DNA of 64,000 nucleotides from an uncultured cyanobacterium (GTDB taxonomy: Bacteria > Cyanobacteriota > Cyanobacteriia > Cyanobacteriales > CAWUOF01): assembly GCA_963744145.1 (NCBI GenBank), contig CAVUSO010000001.1, positions 2,528,001 through 2,592,000 on the forward strand. The letters are read 5' to 3'. The position numbers and the translations under genes are program-made. This document shows, piece by piece, positions 29,691-41,317 of the stretch (its first letter is position 1; the number at the start of each line of letters is the position of its first letter). The notes under the pieces are model-generated. The model searched no databases and was not told where the DNA came from. It saw nothing but the letters and a program-made list of their open reading frames with translations.

Positions 29691-31334
29691 GTGGTCAAAC
29701 AAGCAAGTTGGCATGATCGGTTATGGACTTTGGGGATATTCGGGGGGGCACTTCTCCTATTTGGTATGAATTTGGATGGTTTACCCTTACGCGATTGGGA
29801 TGAGGGAATTGTAGCTCAAGTTGCTCGCGAAATTTGTCGTTATGGAGAAAATAATTGGATTTACCCCACTTTAAACGAACAGCCATATTTGAATAAACCA
29901 CCTTTGGTTCATTGGTTAATTGCGCTATCTTACAGCATCGGTGGAGTCAATGAGTTAACGGCTCGTTTACCAGGGGCAATGCTCACTGCTGTTTCTGTAC
30001 CACTTTTATATCAAATTGGTCGCGAAATATTTACCCAACGTTTAGCAGCAGGATTAGCGAGCTTAGTATATTTGACCATGTTACCGGTGGTGCGCCATGG
30101 TAGATTAGCGATGTTGGATGGAGCAGTATTGTGCTTTTTAATGTGGTTATTCTGGTGCTTACTGCGATCGCGTCGTCATCTTCCTGATAGTTTGGGGATT
30201 GGGATTGGGATCGGGCTGATTTGTTTGACGAAAGGGATTTTAGGATTATTATTAGCCGCGATCGCGATGATGTTCTTGATCTGGGATACACCCCGACTGT
30301 TGAAAACATCCTATTTCTGGATCGGAATTTTTCTAGGAATTGCACCTGTAGCTAGTTGGTATCTAGCCCAATTAGCTCATTATGGTCAGATTTTTACCGA
30401 TGGACATGTTATTAATCAATCTTGGCAAAGGATTTGGTCACCAGTCGAAGGTCATACTGGACCTCCCTGGTATTATCTCCTAGAAATCGGCAAATATTCC
30501 TGGCCCTGGCTCCTATTTTTGCCCCAATCTTTACAACTAACTTGGGAAAACCGCAATCTCAGTTGGGGAAAGTTGGTTTTAGTTTGGGGTGGTGGTTATT
30601 TACTGGTTATTTCTGTGATGGTCACGAAATTACCCTGGTATGTTTTACCTTTTTATCCAGCTTTGGCTTTAGGGATTGGTGCTTATTTAGCCCAAGTATG
30701 GTATGGAGTAATTAATCCTCACGCTCCTCTGGTGGTCAATCCGGAGTTAGCGCGATCGCCTGACCCAATTATTTATCCGCGAGCTTGGGTAATAGTTTTC
30801 AGTATCCTCGCGATCGGCAGTTGGGGTGGTAGTATTTATTTTGGTTTTTTTGGAGCCAAAGCCACTCAAGATTTACTAATGCAATTAGCAGCAGTGGGCT
30901 TAACCATGAGCGTTGCGGCGATGCTAGTATATCGACAAGATCGGCAATTTATCCCAATTTTGATTTGGGGAAGTTATGTAAGTTTATTGCTATTTGTGAA
31001 TTCTCCCCATTGGATTTGGGAACTAGGAGAAGCTGATCCAGTTAAACCAATTGCCACCTTAATTCAGTCAGCCACTCCATCCCAGCAAAAAATAGTTTAT
31101 ACTTCTTATCCTTATAGTCGTCCGGCGCTGAATTTTTATAGCGATCGACAAATTCTACCGCTGAGTGATGCTCAAATCCAGCAATATTGGCAACAAGATC
31201 CTCCGGGTTATTTTTTGATTGATCCTCAGACCCAGAAACGTTTAAACTTGCAACCTCAATTAGAATTGGGTACAGCGGGAGATTGGAGATTAATTACCCG
31301 CTTAGATCTCCAGAAAATTCCATTTCATCATTAG
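29691..31334 (+). CDS. ArnT/PMT-like (GT-C fold) glycosyltransferase
   Basis: RDWDEG, YLNKPPL, ARLPGA, TKLPWY; many TM segments. Confidence 0.88.
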   Translation: MVKQASWHDRLWTLGIFGGALLLFGMNLDGLPLRDWDEGIVAQVAREICRYGENNWIYPTLNEQPYLNKPPLVHWLIALSYSIGGVNELTARLPGAMLTAVSVPLLYQIGREIFTQRLAAGLASLVYLTMLPVVRHGRLAMLDGAVLCFLMWLFWCLLRSRRHLPDSLGIGIGIGLICLTKGILGLLLAAIAMMFLIWDTPRLLKTSYFWIGIFLGIAPVASWYLAQLAHYGQIFTDGHVINQSWQRIWSPVEGHTGPPWYYLLEIGKYSWPWLLFLPQSLQLTWENRNLSWGKLVLVWGGGYLLVISVMVTKLPWYVLPFYPALALGIGAYLAQVWYGVINPHAPLVVNPELARSPDPIIYPRAWVIVFSILAIGSWGGSIYFGFFGAKATQDLLMQLAAVGLTMSVAAMLVYRQDRQFIPILIWGSYVSLLLFVNSPHWIWELGEADPVKPIATLIQSATPSQQKIVYTSYPYSRPALNFYSDRQILPLSDAQIQQYWQQDPPGYFLIDPQTQKRLNLQPQLELGTAGDWRLITRLDLQKIPFHH

Positions 31335-31350
31335 TTCTCAGATGAGCAAT

Positions 31351-31746
31351 TTATCTAGAAATCTCTGATTCCACCAATTTATTTACGGATTCGATGGTTT
31401 TCTGAATCGAGTTATTTTTTGTCCATGTTCTATCAACGTTAATCCAAACTAAACCAAACATAACCGTCGCGACCACCATCACGATTAGGGAAGGATGCTT
31501 CACTATACCAAAGTCCCGCAATAGCCGCGCTAAGGGACGACTTTGACGTCGGAGCATTTTACCGATCGCAACTTGTTTGAAGTTAAAAGGATCACGGACA
31601 TAATGACCGCTCCAAGTAACCACTAAACGTGCTTGACAATAGGGACAGGTAAATAATCCGTTGAGGATTTTACCCTGGTTCAACCCCTCGTGACGATTGC
31701 AGATCGGACAAGTGACAGAATGACCATCAAATGTGGGAGCGTTCAT
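31351..31746 (-). CDS. Hypothetical zinc-ribbon membrane protein
   Basis: CPIC..CPYC plus one C-terminal TM helix. Confidence 0.7.
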   Translation of the reverse strand: MNAPTFDGHSVTCPICNRHEGLNQGKILNGLFTCPYCQARLVVTWSGHYVRDPFNFKQVAIGKMLRRQSRPLARLLRDFGIVKHPSLIVMVVATVMFGLVWINVDRTWTKNNSIQKTIESVNKLVESEISR

Positions 31747-31810
31747 ATCAGTTTCGCTAGACTCAATTATTAGTCTACCCCTCTAACTGTCGAATACTCC
31801 AACCTGATCA

Positions 31811-32614
31811 TTAAATATTAGTCCAGTTAAACTGCCAATCCTCTAAGCTTTTGATGCCAGCAGCACAGGTTAAGTTATATTGTAGCGGGGTCACGGTAAT
31901 ATAATTTTCGCGAATCGCTTGGACATCAGTGGGAATATGACTGGGAATATACTCACTCATGGTTTGTTCCACGTCTTCCATTACTTCTCCCGCTAACCAA
32001 TAGTAGGTTTTACCGCGTGGATCAACTCGCTTTTGAAATGTATCGATATAACGACGTATCCCTTGACGAGCGATCGCCACACCGACAATTTCTTCCTGTT
32101 TGACTGGGGGAATATTAACATTTAGTAATGTTAAGTTTAGTAAAGGTTGCTGGGCAAGTTGAGCTAACAAAGATTGGGCAAACTTTACAGCCGGCTGAAA
32201 TTCATGGGAGGAATAACTTGCAAGACTAAAAGCAATACTAGGAATTCCTTCAATCAATCCTTCCATTGCTGCTGAAACTGTACCAGAGTAGAGGACATCT
32301 GTCCCTAAATTCGAGCCGTGATTAATTCCTGAGAGGACAAAATCGGGGGGATGATCAAGTAGAGCCCAGAGAGCTAGTTTAACACAGTCGGCTGGTGTCC
32401 CGGAACAGGACCATGCTTTTACCGCTGGATGAAATACTGATTCTACTATTTCCGCACGAATTGGTTGATGGATGGTAAGACCATGACCAGTTGCAGAACG
32501 TTCATGATCGGGACAAACTACCGTAACATCGTGTCCTACTTCTGCTAGTCCATTTGCTAGACTGCGAATACCTAAAGCAAAAATACCATCGTCATTACTA
32601 ATCAGAATTTTCAT
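31811..32614 (-). CDS. surE: 5'/3'-nucleotidase SurE
   Basis: [31 protein letters not shown]. Confidence 0.97.
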   Translation of the reverse strand: MKILISNDDGIFALGIRSLANGLAEVGHDVTVVCPDHERSATGHGLTIHQPIRAEIVESVFHPAVKAWSCSGTPADCVKLALWALLDHPPDFVLSGINHGSNLGTDVLYSGTVSAAMEGLIEGIPSIAFSLASYSSHEFQPAVKFAQSLLAQLAQQPLLNLTLLNVNIPPVKQEEIVGVAIARQGIRRYIDTFQKRVDPRGKTYYWLAGEVMEDVEQTMSEYIPSHIPTDVQAIRENYITVTPLQYNLTCAAGIKSLEDWQFNWTNI

Positions 32615-32880
32615 GATCCCGTGTAAAAAGAATCAGAATTAGCCTTTTGATTGTCGGCGATTTTTAGCACAATCAGCAAGAAGAAAATTTGCTTCCCTAT
32701 ATGTCCCTCTTTTTTTAGGGATCTTTCCCCAATCTGCTGGGGCTTTACATACTTATGGTACGGTGGTGATTGGTGAAGTCCTGGTATCGATGCTGTGGAA
32801 CCATAAATCTGGGAGAGCCAAATTACCAGCTAATTGAGCTAACTTTATCCGGATCACTGCTACAGGGAAAGTAGCAATAA

Positions 32881-35262
32881 GTGAGACTACAGTTGATATT
32901 AAAACCTTTAGCGTTACCCGAATTTATTTTTATGCGGTTTCGGACTGTTGCTATTTTGACAAATCTTGCTTTTGTGGTGGAAAATTTGCTTTATGGAGCG
33001 ATCGCTTCCCCAATTTTAGCATCTGCTCCCATTGCCCAACAATTTGCTCAAGCTAATACTATAAGTCGTTCCTTTAATGATGTTCAGGGTCATTGGGCAG
33101 AAAGTTTTATCGAAGCTCTTCATACCAGAGGATTGATCCAGGGTTTTCCAGATGGTAATTTTCGACCAGATGCTCCCTTAACTAGAGCTGATTTTGCTGC
33201 GATGATTCAGTCTTCTTTTCAAAACTCACGATTCCCCTTAGGAATTGTCCGAGGAGATCCAGATCAATATATTACTCGCGCTCAAGCTTTGGTTTTGTTA
33301 GTAGAAGGATTAAATTTGTCAGTTCAATCTGTGTCAGCAAATACCTTAGATAACTATTTTCAAGATGCTGCCCAAATTCTCAAAAGCGATCGCGATCGCA
33401 TTGCTGCTGCGGTCGAAAACCGATTAATTGTCAATTATCCAGATGTGCGAGTTCTTAATCCTAATCGGATCGCAACTAGAGCAGAAATTACTGCATTTAT
33501 TTATCAAGCGTTAGTGAAAAATGGAGACTTGTCACCAGGAGGAGCAGGAAATAATCCTGCTTCTAATTCAACCAGCAGTCTATCCACCTCACAACTTCCG
33601 CCACAAGTAATCAATAATCAGCCAGCTCTTACTTCAGCGATCGCGGCTCAAAATGAAGAATATACTTTAGGTGCAGGCGATCGCATTCGCTTTGATATTG
33701 TCAATGTTCCTGAGTATAGTGGAGAATATCAAATCTTAGTCAACGGTACTCTTAATTTACCCTTAATTGGGGGAGTATCAGTCGCAGGAATGACCTTAAG
33801 ACAAGCTGGTTCAGTAATTGCTTCCTTATATTCTCGCACGATTAGAAACCCGCAATTAACCGTCAGCTTATTAACCCCACGTCCAGTCCAAATTGCGATC
33901 GCTGGAGAAGTAAATCGTCCTGGTTCTTATAATATTTCCCTGACTGGAACTAGCGATAAAGGTGGAGGACAATTACCCACACTCACTCAAGCAATTAAAA
34001 CCGCAGGGGGAATTACTCAAGCGGCAAATTTACGACAAGTTTTTGTGCGTCGTCCCCAAAAATTTCATCAGGAACAAGTAATTGCTGTGGATTTATGGGC
34101 ATTAATAAAAGATGGAGATTTGCGTCAAGATTTAACTTTAAGAGATGGAGATAGTATATTTATTCCCACCGCTAACGATCCTAACTTAGCCGAAGCATCA
34201 CAATTAGCTGCTGCTAGTTTTGCTGCTGATAAAACTCAACCTTTAAGTATTGCTGTAGTGGGAGAAGTTGCTCATCCTGGTTCTTATGTAGTGAAACCAA
34301 ATGAAACTGGAGAACGTCCAACTTTAACTCAAGCATTGCAAACCGCAGGAGGAGTAACCCAAGCTGGTGATATTCACTTAATTCAAGTACATCGTCCGAC
34401 TAAAAATGGTTCTGAGCAAATAATTAATGTAGACCTTTGGCAACTGTTCAAAGCTGGAGATTTGCGCCAAAATCTAATTTTAGAACAGGGAGATACAATT
34501 TTTATTCCCACTGCTAATGAGGTTAATATTGCCCAAGCAAATCAATTAGCAGCTACTAATATCGCTGCGGATAAAACTCAATCTTTAAATGTAGCTGTGG
34601 TTGGGGAAGTAGCGCGTCCTGGTCCTTATACCGTCAAACCCGATGATAAAGGTGGATTACCGACTTTAACCAAAGCAATTCAAACCGCAGGAGGAATTAC
34701 CCAATTAGCAGATATTCGACAAATAGAAGTACATCGTCCGACCCGAACTGGAACAGAACAAGTTTTTAGTCTAAATTTATGGCAACTTTTGCAAGCAGGA
34801 GATTTGCGTCAAGATCTGGCTTTGCAAGAAGGAGATACCATTGTCATTCCCACTGCTACAGCTTTAAATCCTCAAGAAGTAGCTCAGTTAGCTACTGCTA
34901 GTTTTTCTCCTAATAGTATTAAAGTTAATGTGGTTGGTGAAGTTAATAAAGTAGGAACGGTAGAAGTACCACCTAATACACCCTTAAATCAAGCTTTACT
35001 AGCAGCTGGAGGATTTACTAATCGAGCTAAAAAGGGAGTAGTTGATCTAATTCGTCTGAATCCAGATGGTACTGTATCTAAACGGAACATCAATATTGAT
35101 TTTGCCCAAGGAATTAGCGATCGCAATAATCCTGTCCTTCGGAATAATGATGTCGTTGTGGTTAATCGTTCTAGTGCGGCTCAAATTACAGATTCTTTAG
35201 GTGCTATTCTTAACCCATTAGCTAGTATTTTTTCCATCTCTAGCTTTTTTAAGATTTTTTAA
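32881..35262 (+). CDS. SLH-domain polysaccharide export protein (Wza/SLBB repeats)
   Basis: FNDVQGHWA..GFPDGNFRPD..TRA (SLH); YTLGAGD, LPLIG (export domain); repeated GEV.RPG.Y..AGG SLBB units; start may be ATG 32932. Confidence 0.88.
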   Translation: MRLQLILKPLALPEFIFMRFRTVAILTNLAFVVENLLYGAIASPILASAPIAQQFAQANTISRSFNDVQGHWAESFIEALHTRGLIQGFPDGNFRPDAPLTRADFAAMIQSSFQNSRFPLGIVRGDPDQYITRAQALVLLVEGLNLSVQSVSANTLDNYFQDAAQILKSDRDRIAAAVENRLIVNYPDVRVLNPNRIATRAEITAFIYQALVKNGDLSPGGAGNNPASNSTSSLSTSQLPPQVINNQPALTSAIAAQNEEYTLGAGDRIRFDIVNVPEYSGEYQILVNGTLNLPLIGGVSVAGMTLRQAGSVIASLYSRTIRNPQLTVSLLTPRPVQIAIAGEVNRPGSYNISLTGTSDKGGGQLPTLTQAIKTAGGITQAANLRQVFVRRPQKFHQEQVIAVDLWALIKDGDLRQDLTLRDGDSIFIPTANDPNLAEASQLAAASFAADKTQPLSIAVVGEVAHPGSYVVKPNETGERPTLTQALQTAGGVTQAGDIHLIQVHRPTKNGSEQIINVDLWQLFKAGDLRQNLILEQGDTIFIPTANEVNIAQANQLAATNIAADKTQSLNVAVVGEVARPGPYTVKPDDKGGLPTLTKAIQTAGGITQLADIRQIEVHRPTRTGTEQVFSLNLWQLLQAGDLRQDLALQEGDTIVIPTATALNPQEVAQLATASFSPNSIKVNVVGEVNKVGTVEVPPNTPLNQALLAAGGFTNRAKKGVVDLIRLNPDGTVSKRNINIDFAQGISDRNNPVLRNNDVVVVNRSSAAQITDSLGAILNPLASIFSISSFFKIF

Positions 35263-35387
35263 TCATCTTAAAGGTTCAGACAGTAACCATATAATCAAAC
35301 CAGGTAGCAGCAAATTTCCTTGGTTTTGCTTGATGGGTGGTTTGAAAATGAAGTAGTCTAAAATTGGGCTAATTATTAATTAGCCAA

Positions 35388-36986
35388 CTACCACAAACCA
35401 CCACGCTTACCATCTGGTTTAACCGTCATCCAATTAGTTTTAGCTAGAGCCAATTGTTCGTCACCCACTTTAGCACCGGTCAAATTTGCCCCACAGAGAT
35501 TACAACCGCGAAGATTAGCATAACCGAGATTAGCATTGCTCAAATCTGCACCACGCAAATCTGCTTTTTCTAAATTCGCATAAGTTAAATAAGCACCAGT
35601 TAAATTAGCCTCCTTAAAGATTGCTTCTTTCAAACTTGATTTGGCAAAATCTACCCGTTGTAGTTCCGCACCTTGAAAATTACTTTTGTCTAACTTACTT
35701 TCTCGAAATATCGCTCCAACTAACCGAATTTTTTGGAGATTTATCCCCCGCAGTTCAGCCGAACTAAAATCTTTTCTTCCCTTAGTATAAGCGGTAAGAA
35801 TACTATCTGCATCCCATTTTTGGGGGATCAGCGCACCTGTTTCATTAGCAGCTTTACGTCGAAATGAATCAGAAGCAGATGTAGGAACAATTTGAGTCCG
35901 AGCCGAACCTCGTTGTAAACTAGTTGCATTGGAAATTCTTTCATTACGGGCTTTAATTGCGTCAGCTATCCGAGAATTAGGTGATGATGGTCGATACCCA
36001 CTATCAGAAACCTGGGATTGATCTGGTGCTTTGTTGGTAGGAGTTTGTGGTAGGGTCAACATCCCTTGAGCTAAAGTATCTCCATTATCCAGCGGTTCTA
36101 AACTTTCTAAAACTTCAGTAGCAGATTTATACCGATGACGAACTGAAGGATCAAGCATCTTCTCCAAAATCTTGGCAAAAGATGGATGAACTTGAACTTG
36201 TTCTCTCCACCTCATTTCTCCAGTTGATGGATCATAATCTAATTCATTGGGGGATTTAGCTGTTAGTAAATAAATACAAGTTATTCCCAGAGCATAGATA
36301 TCGCTAGCATAAACTGGACGCAGTGCCATCTGTTCTGGTGGAGCAAAACCTTGAGTACCGATCGCAAAATTAGTCAAAGCTGTCTGTCCTGTTCCTCCAG
36401 TAGCTCCGGTCTGACTAACTTGATCTTTTACTGCACCAAAATCAATCAATACCAATTTATTATCAAGAAGGCGACGTAAGATGTTAGCTGGTTTAATATC
36501 CCGGTGGATAACTTCTTTACTATGGATGTATTGCAAGACTGGTAACATCTCGCGCAGAAATTTTTTCACTTCAAATTCAGTGAAAGGACCAGAGCGTTTG
36601 ACCTCTTGTTTTAAATTTAACCCATCAACAAAGTCTTGAACTAGATAAAATTGTTTGTCTATTTCAAAATAATCTAGCAACTGGGGTACTTGGGGATGAT
36701 CACCCACTTTACCGAGGGTTTTTGCTTCACGCTGAAACAACTCTCGGGCCATTTGCAGCACATGAGGTGAAGTCACCGCAGGACGTAATTGCTTAATTAC
36801 ACATTTCGGTTGACCAGGGATCGTATCGATTTTGGCTAAAAATGTCGCTCCAAACCCACCTTGACCGATTGCTTTTACAACCCGATAGCGATCGCGCAGC
36901 AACAACTCTGATCCGCATGTCAGACAGCGAGATTCATGGTCTGGGTTCTCAGGAGTTGGACAAGCTGGATTTATACAGTAGCTCAT
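35388..36986 (-). CDS. Ser/Thr protein kinase with pentapeptide repeats (SpkB-like)
   Basis: MSYCINPAC, GQGGFG, HRDIKPAN, DFG; C-terminal A(D/N)LxG repeats. Confidence 0.93.
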   Translation of the reverse strand: MSYCINPACPTPENPDHESRCLTCGSELLLRDRYRVVKAIGQGGFGATFLAKIDTIPGQPKCVIKQLRPAVTSPHVLQMARELFQREAKTLGKVGDHPQVPQLLDYFEIDKQFYLVQDFVDGLNLKQEVKRSGPFTEFEVKKFLREMLPVLQYIHSKEVIHRDIKPANILRRLLDNKLVLIDFGAVKDQVSQTGATGGTGQTALTNFAIGTQGFAPPEQMALRPVYASDIYALGITCIYLLTAKSPNELDYDPSTGEMRWREQVQVHPSFAKILEKMLDPSVRHRYKSATEVLESLEPLDNGDTLAQGMLTLPQTPTNKAPDQSQVSDSGYRPSSPNSRIADAIKARNERISNATSLQRGSARTQIVPTSASDSFRRKAANETGALIPQKWDADSILTAYTKGRKDFSSAELRGINLQKIRLVGAIFRESKLDKSNFQGAELQRVDFAKSSLKEAIFKEANLTGAYLTYANLEKADLRGADLSNANLGYANLRGCNLCGANLTGAKVGDEQLALAKTNWMTVKPDGKRGGLW

Positions 36987-37332
36987 TCCATATCACCGGG
37001 AAAATTTTACCCTATTCTAATTATCTATTTGGACATAAATAATGGCAAATTTGACGGCAAATCGCCTTCAGCTTGATAAAGTTCTGTTAATTTTACTTAA
37101 AGTGTTGGTAAAGACTCCTAAATTTTGACTGGCTTATGCCCAACTGGTTAATGATGTTTCAGAATTCCCAAAATTCGACTGAACTACATCTGTAATATGC
37201 CCTAAACTTTTCTAAGCATAACGAATATTTTAGGTTTTGGTTAATTATAACTGTCTGAGGGAGGATCTGAACTCGGCACTCTTACCCATCCAGGGTTAAA
37301 ATAATTTGGCTGATATCGAAGCAATCTAGACC

Positions 37333-39795
37333 ATGCGTATCTCTCTCAACTGGTTACGGGAACTGGTGGATCTCACTATTTCCCCAGAAGATTTAGCCCA
37401 AACCCTGACTATGGCTGGGTTTGAAGTGGAAGATATTGAAGATCGTCGGACTTGGGCTGATGGGGTGGTGGTGGGTCGGGTGATAAACTGTACCCCACAT
37501 CCCAATGCAGATAAACTTAGAGTCTGTCAAGTAGATATTGGGTCTGAATCGACTTTAAATATTGTCTGTGGTGCCCCCAATGCTAGAGTTGATATTTATG
37601 TGCCGATCGCGACGATTGGGACTTATTTACCTCACCGTGATTTAAAAATTAAACCGGCGAAATTGCGGGGGGTTCCTTCAGAGGGGATGATTTGCTCTTT
37701 AGCTGAATTAGGGTTAGCTAAGGAATCTGAGGGAATTCATATTTTTGATCAAGAAAGTTTGGCTCTTGGTAGTGATGTTCGACCACTATTGGGTTTAGAT
37801 GATGTAATTCTTGACTTGACAGCAACGGCAAATCGTGCTGATGCTTTAAGTATGGTGGGTGTGGCTCGCGAAGTAGCTGCGTTGACTGGTGCCGAATTAA
37901 GATTACCATCTGTAGAACCAGTATCTATTCAAACCAAACCAACGGGGTTATCGATTAAGATTACTGAATCCCAAGCTTGTCCTGTTTATATTGGTACGGC
38001 GATCGCCCAGTTACAGCTTACTACTTCTCCTGGTTGGTTGCAAAGACGACTGCAAGCCGCTGGAGTGCGTCCCATTAATAATGTTGTTGATATTACTAAC
38101 TACGTTTTACTAGAATGGGGTCAACCGCTCCATGCTTTTGATTGGGATCGACTCCAAGCGATCGCTGGTGGTGATCATTTAACTATGGGTGTTCGTTATG
38201 CTCAAGAAACAGAATCCCTGCAAACTCTTGATGGACAAACTCGCACTCTCCACCCCCAAACTTTATTAATTACAGCAAATGATCAACCAGTTGCACTTGC
38301 AGGAGTAATGGGGGGTGAAGCAACGGAAGTCAATGAGGATACTAAAAATATACTTTTAGAAGCGGCTTTATTTGAATCGATCGCAATTCGTCGTTCTGCT
38401 CGTTCTCAAGGACTAAGAACAGAAGCATCAGCTCGTTATGAGCGCGGAGTTAATCAAGCTGAGTTAGAATTAGCCTGTGGTCGTGCTTTGCAACTGCTTA
38501 GTGAATTAGCTCAAGGAGTACCGATCGCTCAAGTAATTAATGATACTCGTCCCGCACAATCTACCGATCGTCGCACAATTGAATTGCGTTTAGAGCGAGT
38601 CAGATTAGTTTTAGGTCAAGTTAAGCGTGAAGCAGGTTTAGGAGATTTGCAACCCGAGGAAATCGAAGAGATATTTCAATCGCTAAATTTTCAGGTAGAA
38701 AAGACTAACCAAGGATGGATGGTAACAGTACCATCTTATCGTGCCCGTGATCTAGAACGGGAAATCGATTTAATTGAAGAAATAGCTCGTCTCTATGGTT
38801 ATGATAATTTTGGCGAGACTTTACCAAGTAAAACCGCAGCAGGATATTTGTCGGGAGAACAGTTACTAACTCGTTTAATTCGTTCAGCTTTCCGAGCGTC
38901 TGGTTTAACGGAATTAATGCACTATTCCTTAGTTAAACCAGGAGAAAAAAATCAAGTTGAGTTAGCAAATCCTTTATTTGCTGAATATGCAGCTTTAAGA
39001 ACTAATTTGATCGCTGGACTAATTGATGCTTTTGGATTCAATTTAGAACAGGGTAATGGTCATCTGAATGGGTTTGAAATTGGACGCATTTTTAGGAAAC
39101 AAGCTGATAGTTTACAAGAATCTGATGCGATCGCTGGAATTATAGGAGGTGATCCGAGTCAAGGAAATTGGATTCGAGGTGGAAAAGAGCAACCTTTATC
39201 TTGGTATGAAGCAAAAGGAATACTCGAAAGTGGATTTGAACGTTTAGGATTAATAGTAGAATACCGTCAAGATGATGGAGAAAGTGTTCCTAATCAACCA
39301 TTACATCCCGGACGAACAGCTTCTTTATGGATTGCTAATACTCTGCTAGGAATTTTTGGTCAATTACATCCCCAATTGAGTCAAACTAAAGGTTTACCTG
39401 AGCAAGTTTATCTGTTTCAATTTGATTTAGCTGTGTTGCTCAATGCTCTTAATGTCGATCGCGCTATCCAGGGTTCTCCCTTACCACCAACTCGATTTCA
39501 AAGCTATTCAAGTTTTCCTCTAGCTGATCGAGATATTGCTTTCTTTGTACCGATCGATCTGTCTGTCAATGAGATTACTAAGGTAATGCTTAAAGCTGGT
39601 AAAGATTTACTAGAATCAGTAGAGTTATTTGATGAATATCGAGGAGAAAATGTACCTGATGGTCAAAGAAGTTTAGCATTTCGGTTAATTTATCGAGCTA
39701 GCGATCGAACTTTGACTGATGCTGATCTTGATCCAGTTCATCAAAAAATCCGTGATGCACTAGTGCAAAAATTCGCAGTTAATTTACGAAGTTAA
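37333..39795 (+). CDS. pheT: Phenylalanine--tRNA ligase beta subunit
   Basis: [52 protein letters not shown]. Confidence 0.98.
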   Translation: MRISLNWLRELVDLTISPEDLAQTLTMAGFEVEDIEDRRTWADGVVVGRVINCTPHPNADKLRVCQVDIGSESTLNIVCGAPNARVDIYVPIATIGTYLPHRDLKIKPAKLRGVPSEGMICSLAELGLAKESEGIHIFDQESLALGSDVRPLLGLDDVILDLTATANRADALSMVGVAREVAALTGAELRLPSVEPVSIQTKPTGLSIKITESQACPVYIGTAIAQLQLTTSPGWLQRRLQAAGVRPINNVVDITNYVLLEWGQPLHAFDWDRLQAIAGGDHLTMGVRYAQETESLQTLDGQTRTLHPQTLLITANDQPVALAGVMGGEATEVNEDTKNILLEAALFESIAIRRSARSQGLRTEASARYERGVNQAELELACGRALQLLSELAQGVPIAQVINDTRPAQSTDRRTIELRLERVRLVLGQVKREAGLGDLQPEEIEEIFQSLNFQVEKTNQGWMVTVPSYRARDLEREIDLIEEIARLYGYDNFGETLPSKTAAGYLSGEQLLTRLIRSAFRASGLTELMHYSLVKPGEKNQVELANPLFAEYAALRTNLIAGLIDAFGFNLEQGNGHLNGFEIGRIFRKQADSLQESDAIAGIIGGDPSQGNWIRGGKEQPLSWYEAKGILESGFERLGLIVEYRQDDGESVPNQPLHPGRTASLWIANTLLGIFGQLHPQLSQTKGLPEQVYLFQFDLAVLLNALNVDRAIQGSPLPPTRFQSYSSFPLADRDIAFFVPIDLSVNEITKVMLKAGKDLLESVELFDEYRGENVPDGQRSLAFRLIYRASDRTLTDADLDPVHQKIRDALVQKFAVNLRS

Positions 39796-39920
39796 ATCGG
39801 GAATTTTATCGGTTAGTTTAGATCACATCTTGCTCACACTTAAATGAGCAGGATGTTAATATTAACTGATGTTTTTCAGTGACAAATTACTTGTAATATC
39901 GAGTTATTTAATTTCTATCC

Positions 39921-40175
39921 CTAAATGGATTCAAATTGAATATTTTCATATAAATCAGATACAGCAAACTCCAAAGAAAACGTTGATAAATTTATGCGAT
40001 CGCCAGGATTTTTATATTCTTGAAAAATCCATTGCTGCTCATTTGTCTTAGCATAATGCTCAACCCAAACCATATATTGATCAATCAATAAATACTCCTG
40101 AAAACTCGAAACCGTGCGATAAGCTGCAAACTTACCATCCTTGTCATAACTCCGCGTCCCTACGGAAAGTACCTG
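39921..40175 (-). pseudogene. 5'-truncated Uma2-family endonuclease remnant
   Basis: Hand translation: QVLSVGTRSYDKDGKFAAYRTVSSFQEYLLIDQY..SDLYENIQFESI*; N-terminal half and start absent. Confidence 0.75.
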
Positions 40176-40199
40176 TAAAAAGTTTCTTGATATATTATA

Positions 40200-40652
40200 T
40201 TAGGACAAGGGTGGAACAGAAAAGTTGGTAAATAATTCCAAATTATATGGTGCGATCGCGAGAGTATTCACTAATTTTCGATCTAATGTTAATAAAGGGG
40301 CGCTGACTCGATGAGAAAGGGCAACATAAGAAGCATCATAAGCGGAAATTCCGTAAGCGATCGCGATATTAGCGGCTTCTTCCATTAAGTCAGCCATAGA
40401 AACCACTTGCAGCGATAAAGCTTTGAGATTAGATAAATTTCCTTGAACTTGGCTAGCCGTCAACTGTCCAGCGCGAACATATTTCCAAAAGACATTCGCT
40501 GATTCAATATATAGTAAATCAGGGACATAGATTTGATTGCTTGAATTAGCAAGATAGGCGAATAGTTGTTGTGCTTTTGCAGATAAGGAATCTGAGATAA
40601 ATTGCTTGATACAAACGCTAGTATCAACAACGCATTTAATTGAGGTTGTCAT
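40200..40652 (-). CDS. vapC: VapC-type PIN domain toxin
   Basis: VVDTSV, ESANV, SAYDASY, LLTLD. Confidence 0.88.
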   Translation of the reverse strand: MTTSIKCVVDTSVCIKQFISDSLSAKAQQLFAYLANSSNQIYVPDLLYIESANVFWKYVRAGQLTASQVQGNLSNLKALSLQVVSMADLMEEAANIAIAYGISAYDASYVALSHRVSAPLLTLDRKLVNTLAIAPYNLELFTNFSVPPLS

Positions 40653-40951
40653 CGGCTATCTCTATCCTCTCGAATTAGAGCAGTGCTATCTAACCATTCA
40701 ATATCTGAAGGTAACTCTTTTCGACGACCTTCGATCTCTGCCAGAATTTGCGGGACAGCTTTGCGGCGTTCTTCCCAGGTGGGATCTGTTTCGGGAGAAA
40801 TCAGAAATTTAAGAGGAGGTTGGGGTTTTTGTACTACTTGTTTTAATAGGGTGATGATTTGTTCGTTGATGGTTTGATGGTTTTGGCTCGCCAGTTGTTG
40901 CAGTTGCGCCATTAAATCATCGGGTAGGTTTTCAATGGTGAGTATTGCCAT
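40649..40951 (-). CDS. FitA-like ribbon-helix-helix antitoxin
   Basis: MAILTIENLPDDL..; DSTALIREDRD; 4-bp overlap with the PIN gene. Confidence 0.8.
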   Translation of the reverse strand: MAILTIENLPDDLMAQLQQLASQNHQTINEQIITLLKQVVQKPQPPLKFLISPETDPTWEERRKAVPQILAEIEGRRKELPSDIEWLDSTALIREDRDSR

Positions 40952-41209
40952 AATTTATCTTTTTGGTTGAGTTAGCAATTATTTTAGCTTGAATCAGATT
41001 CAAGGAAATCTTTAATCTGCCCTCTTCTTGGGCGATCGATATAATCCTCTTCACCGCTCATAAATCATCTAACCACAAGAGCCAAACCAACTTTCCCTTA
41101 GCCCACATACCGTTATTTCGATCGCGACCCATCATTCTCCTCATTTAAACTTTGTCAAAGTTGCCAAAATATTTTTTTCGTGGCACAATTCTGGACGATC
41201 ATAAATAAG

Positions 41210-41235
41210 TACCATATCCCTATCGGATTACAGTA
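41210..41235 (+). promoter_or_regulatory. Candidate sulfur-regulon operator upstream of ssuA
   Basis: TACCATATCCCTATCGGATTACAGTA; 18 of 26 positions match the site at 42481. Confidence 0.5.
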
Positions 41236-41317
41236 TTTTAGGATCAAAGAGAATAAACCAGCTCTAATCCTGGTTTCTCGTTGCAAATTTTACCCAGTTT
41301 GAATCTAGGAGCAGATT

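Noticed and set aside
41040..41110. Possible second Uma2 C-terminal remnant on the minus strand
   Set aside because: Needs several frameshifts; similarity too weak to support by eye
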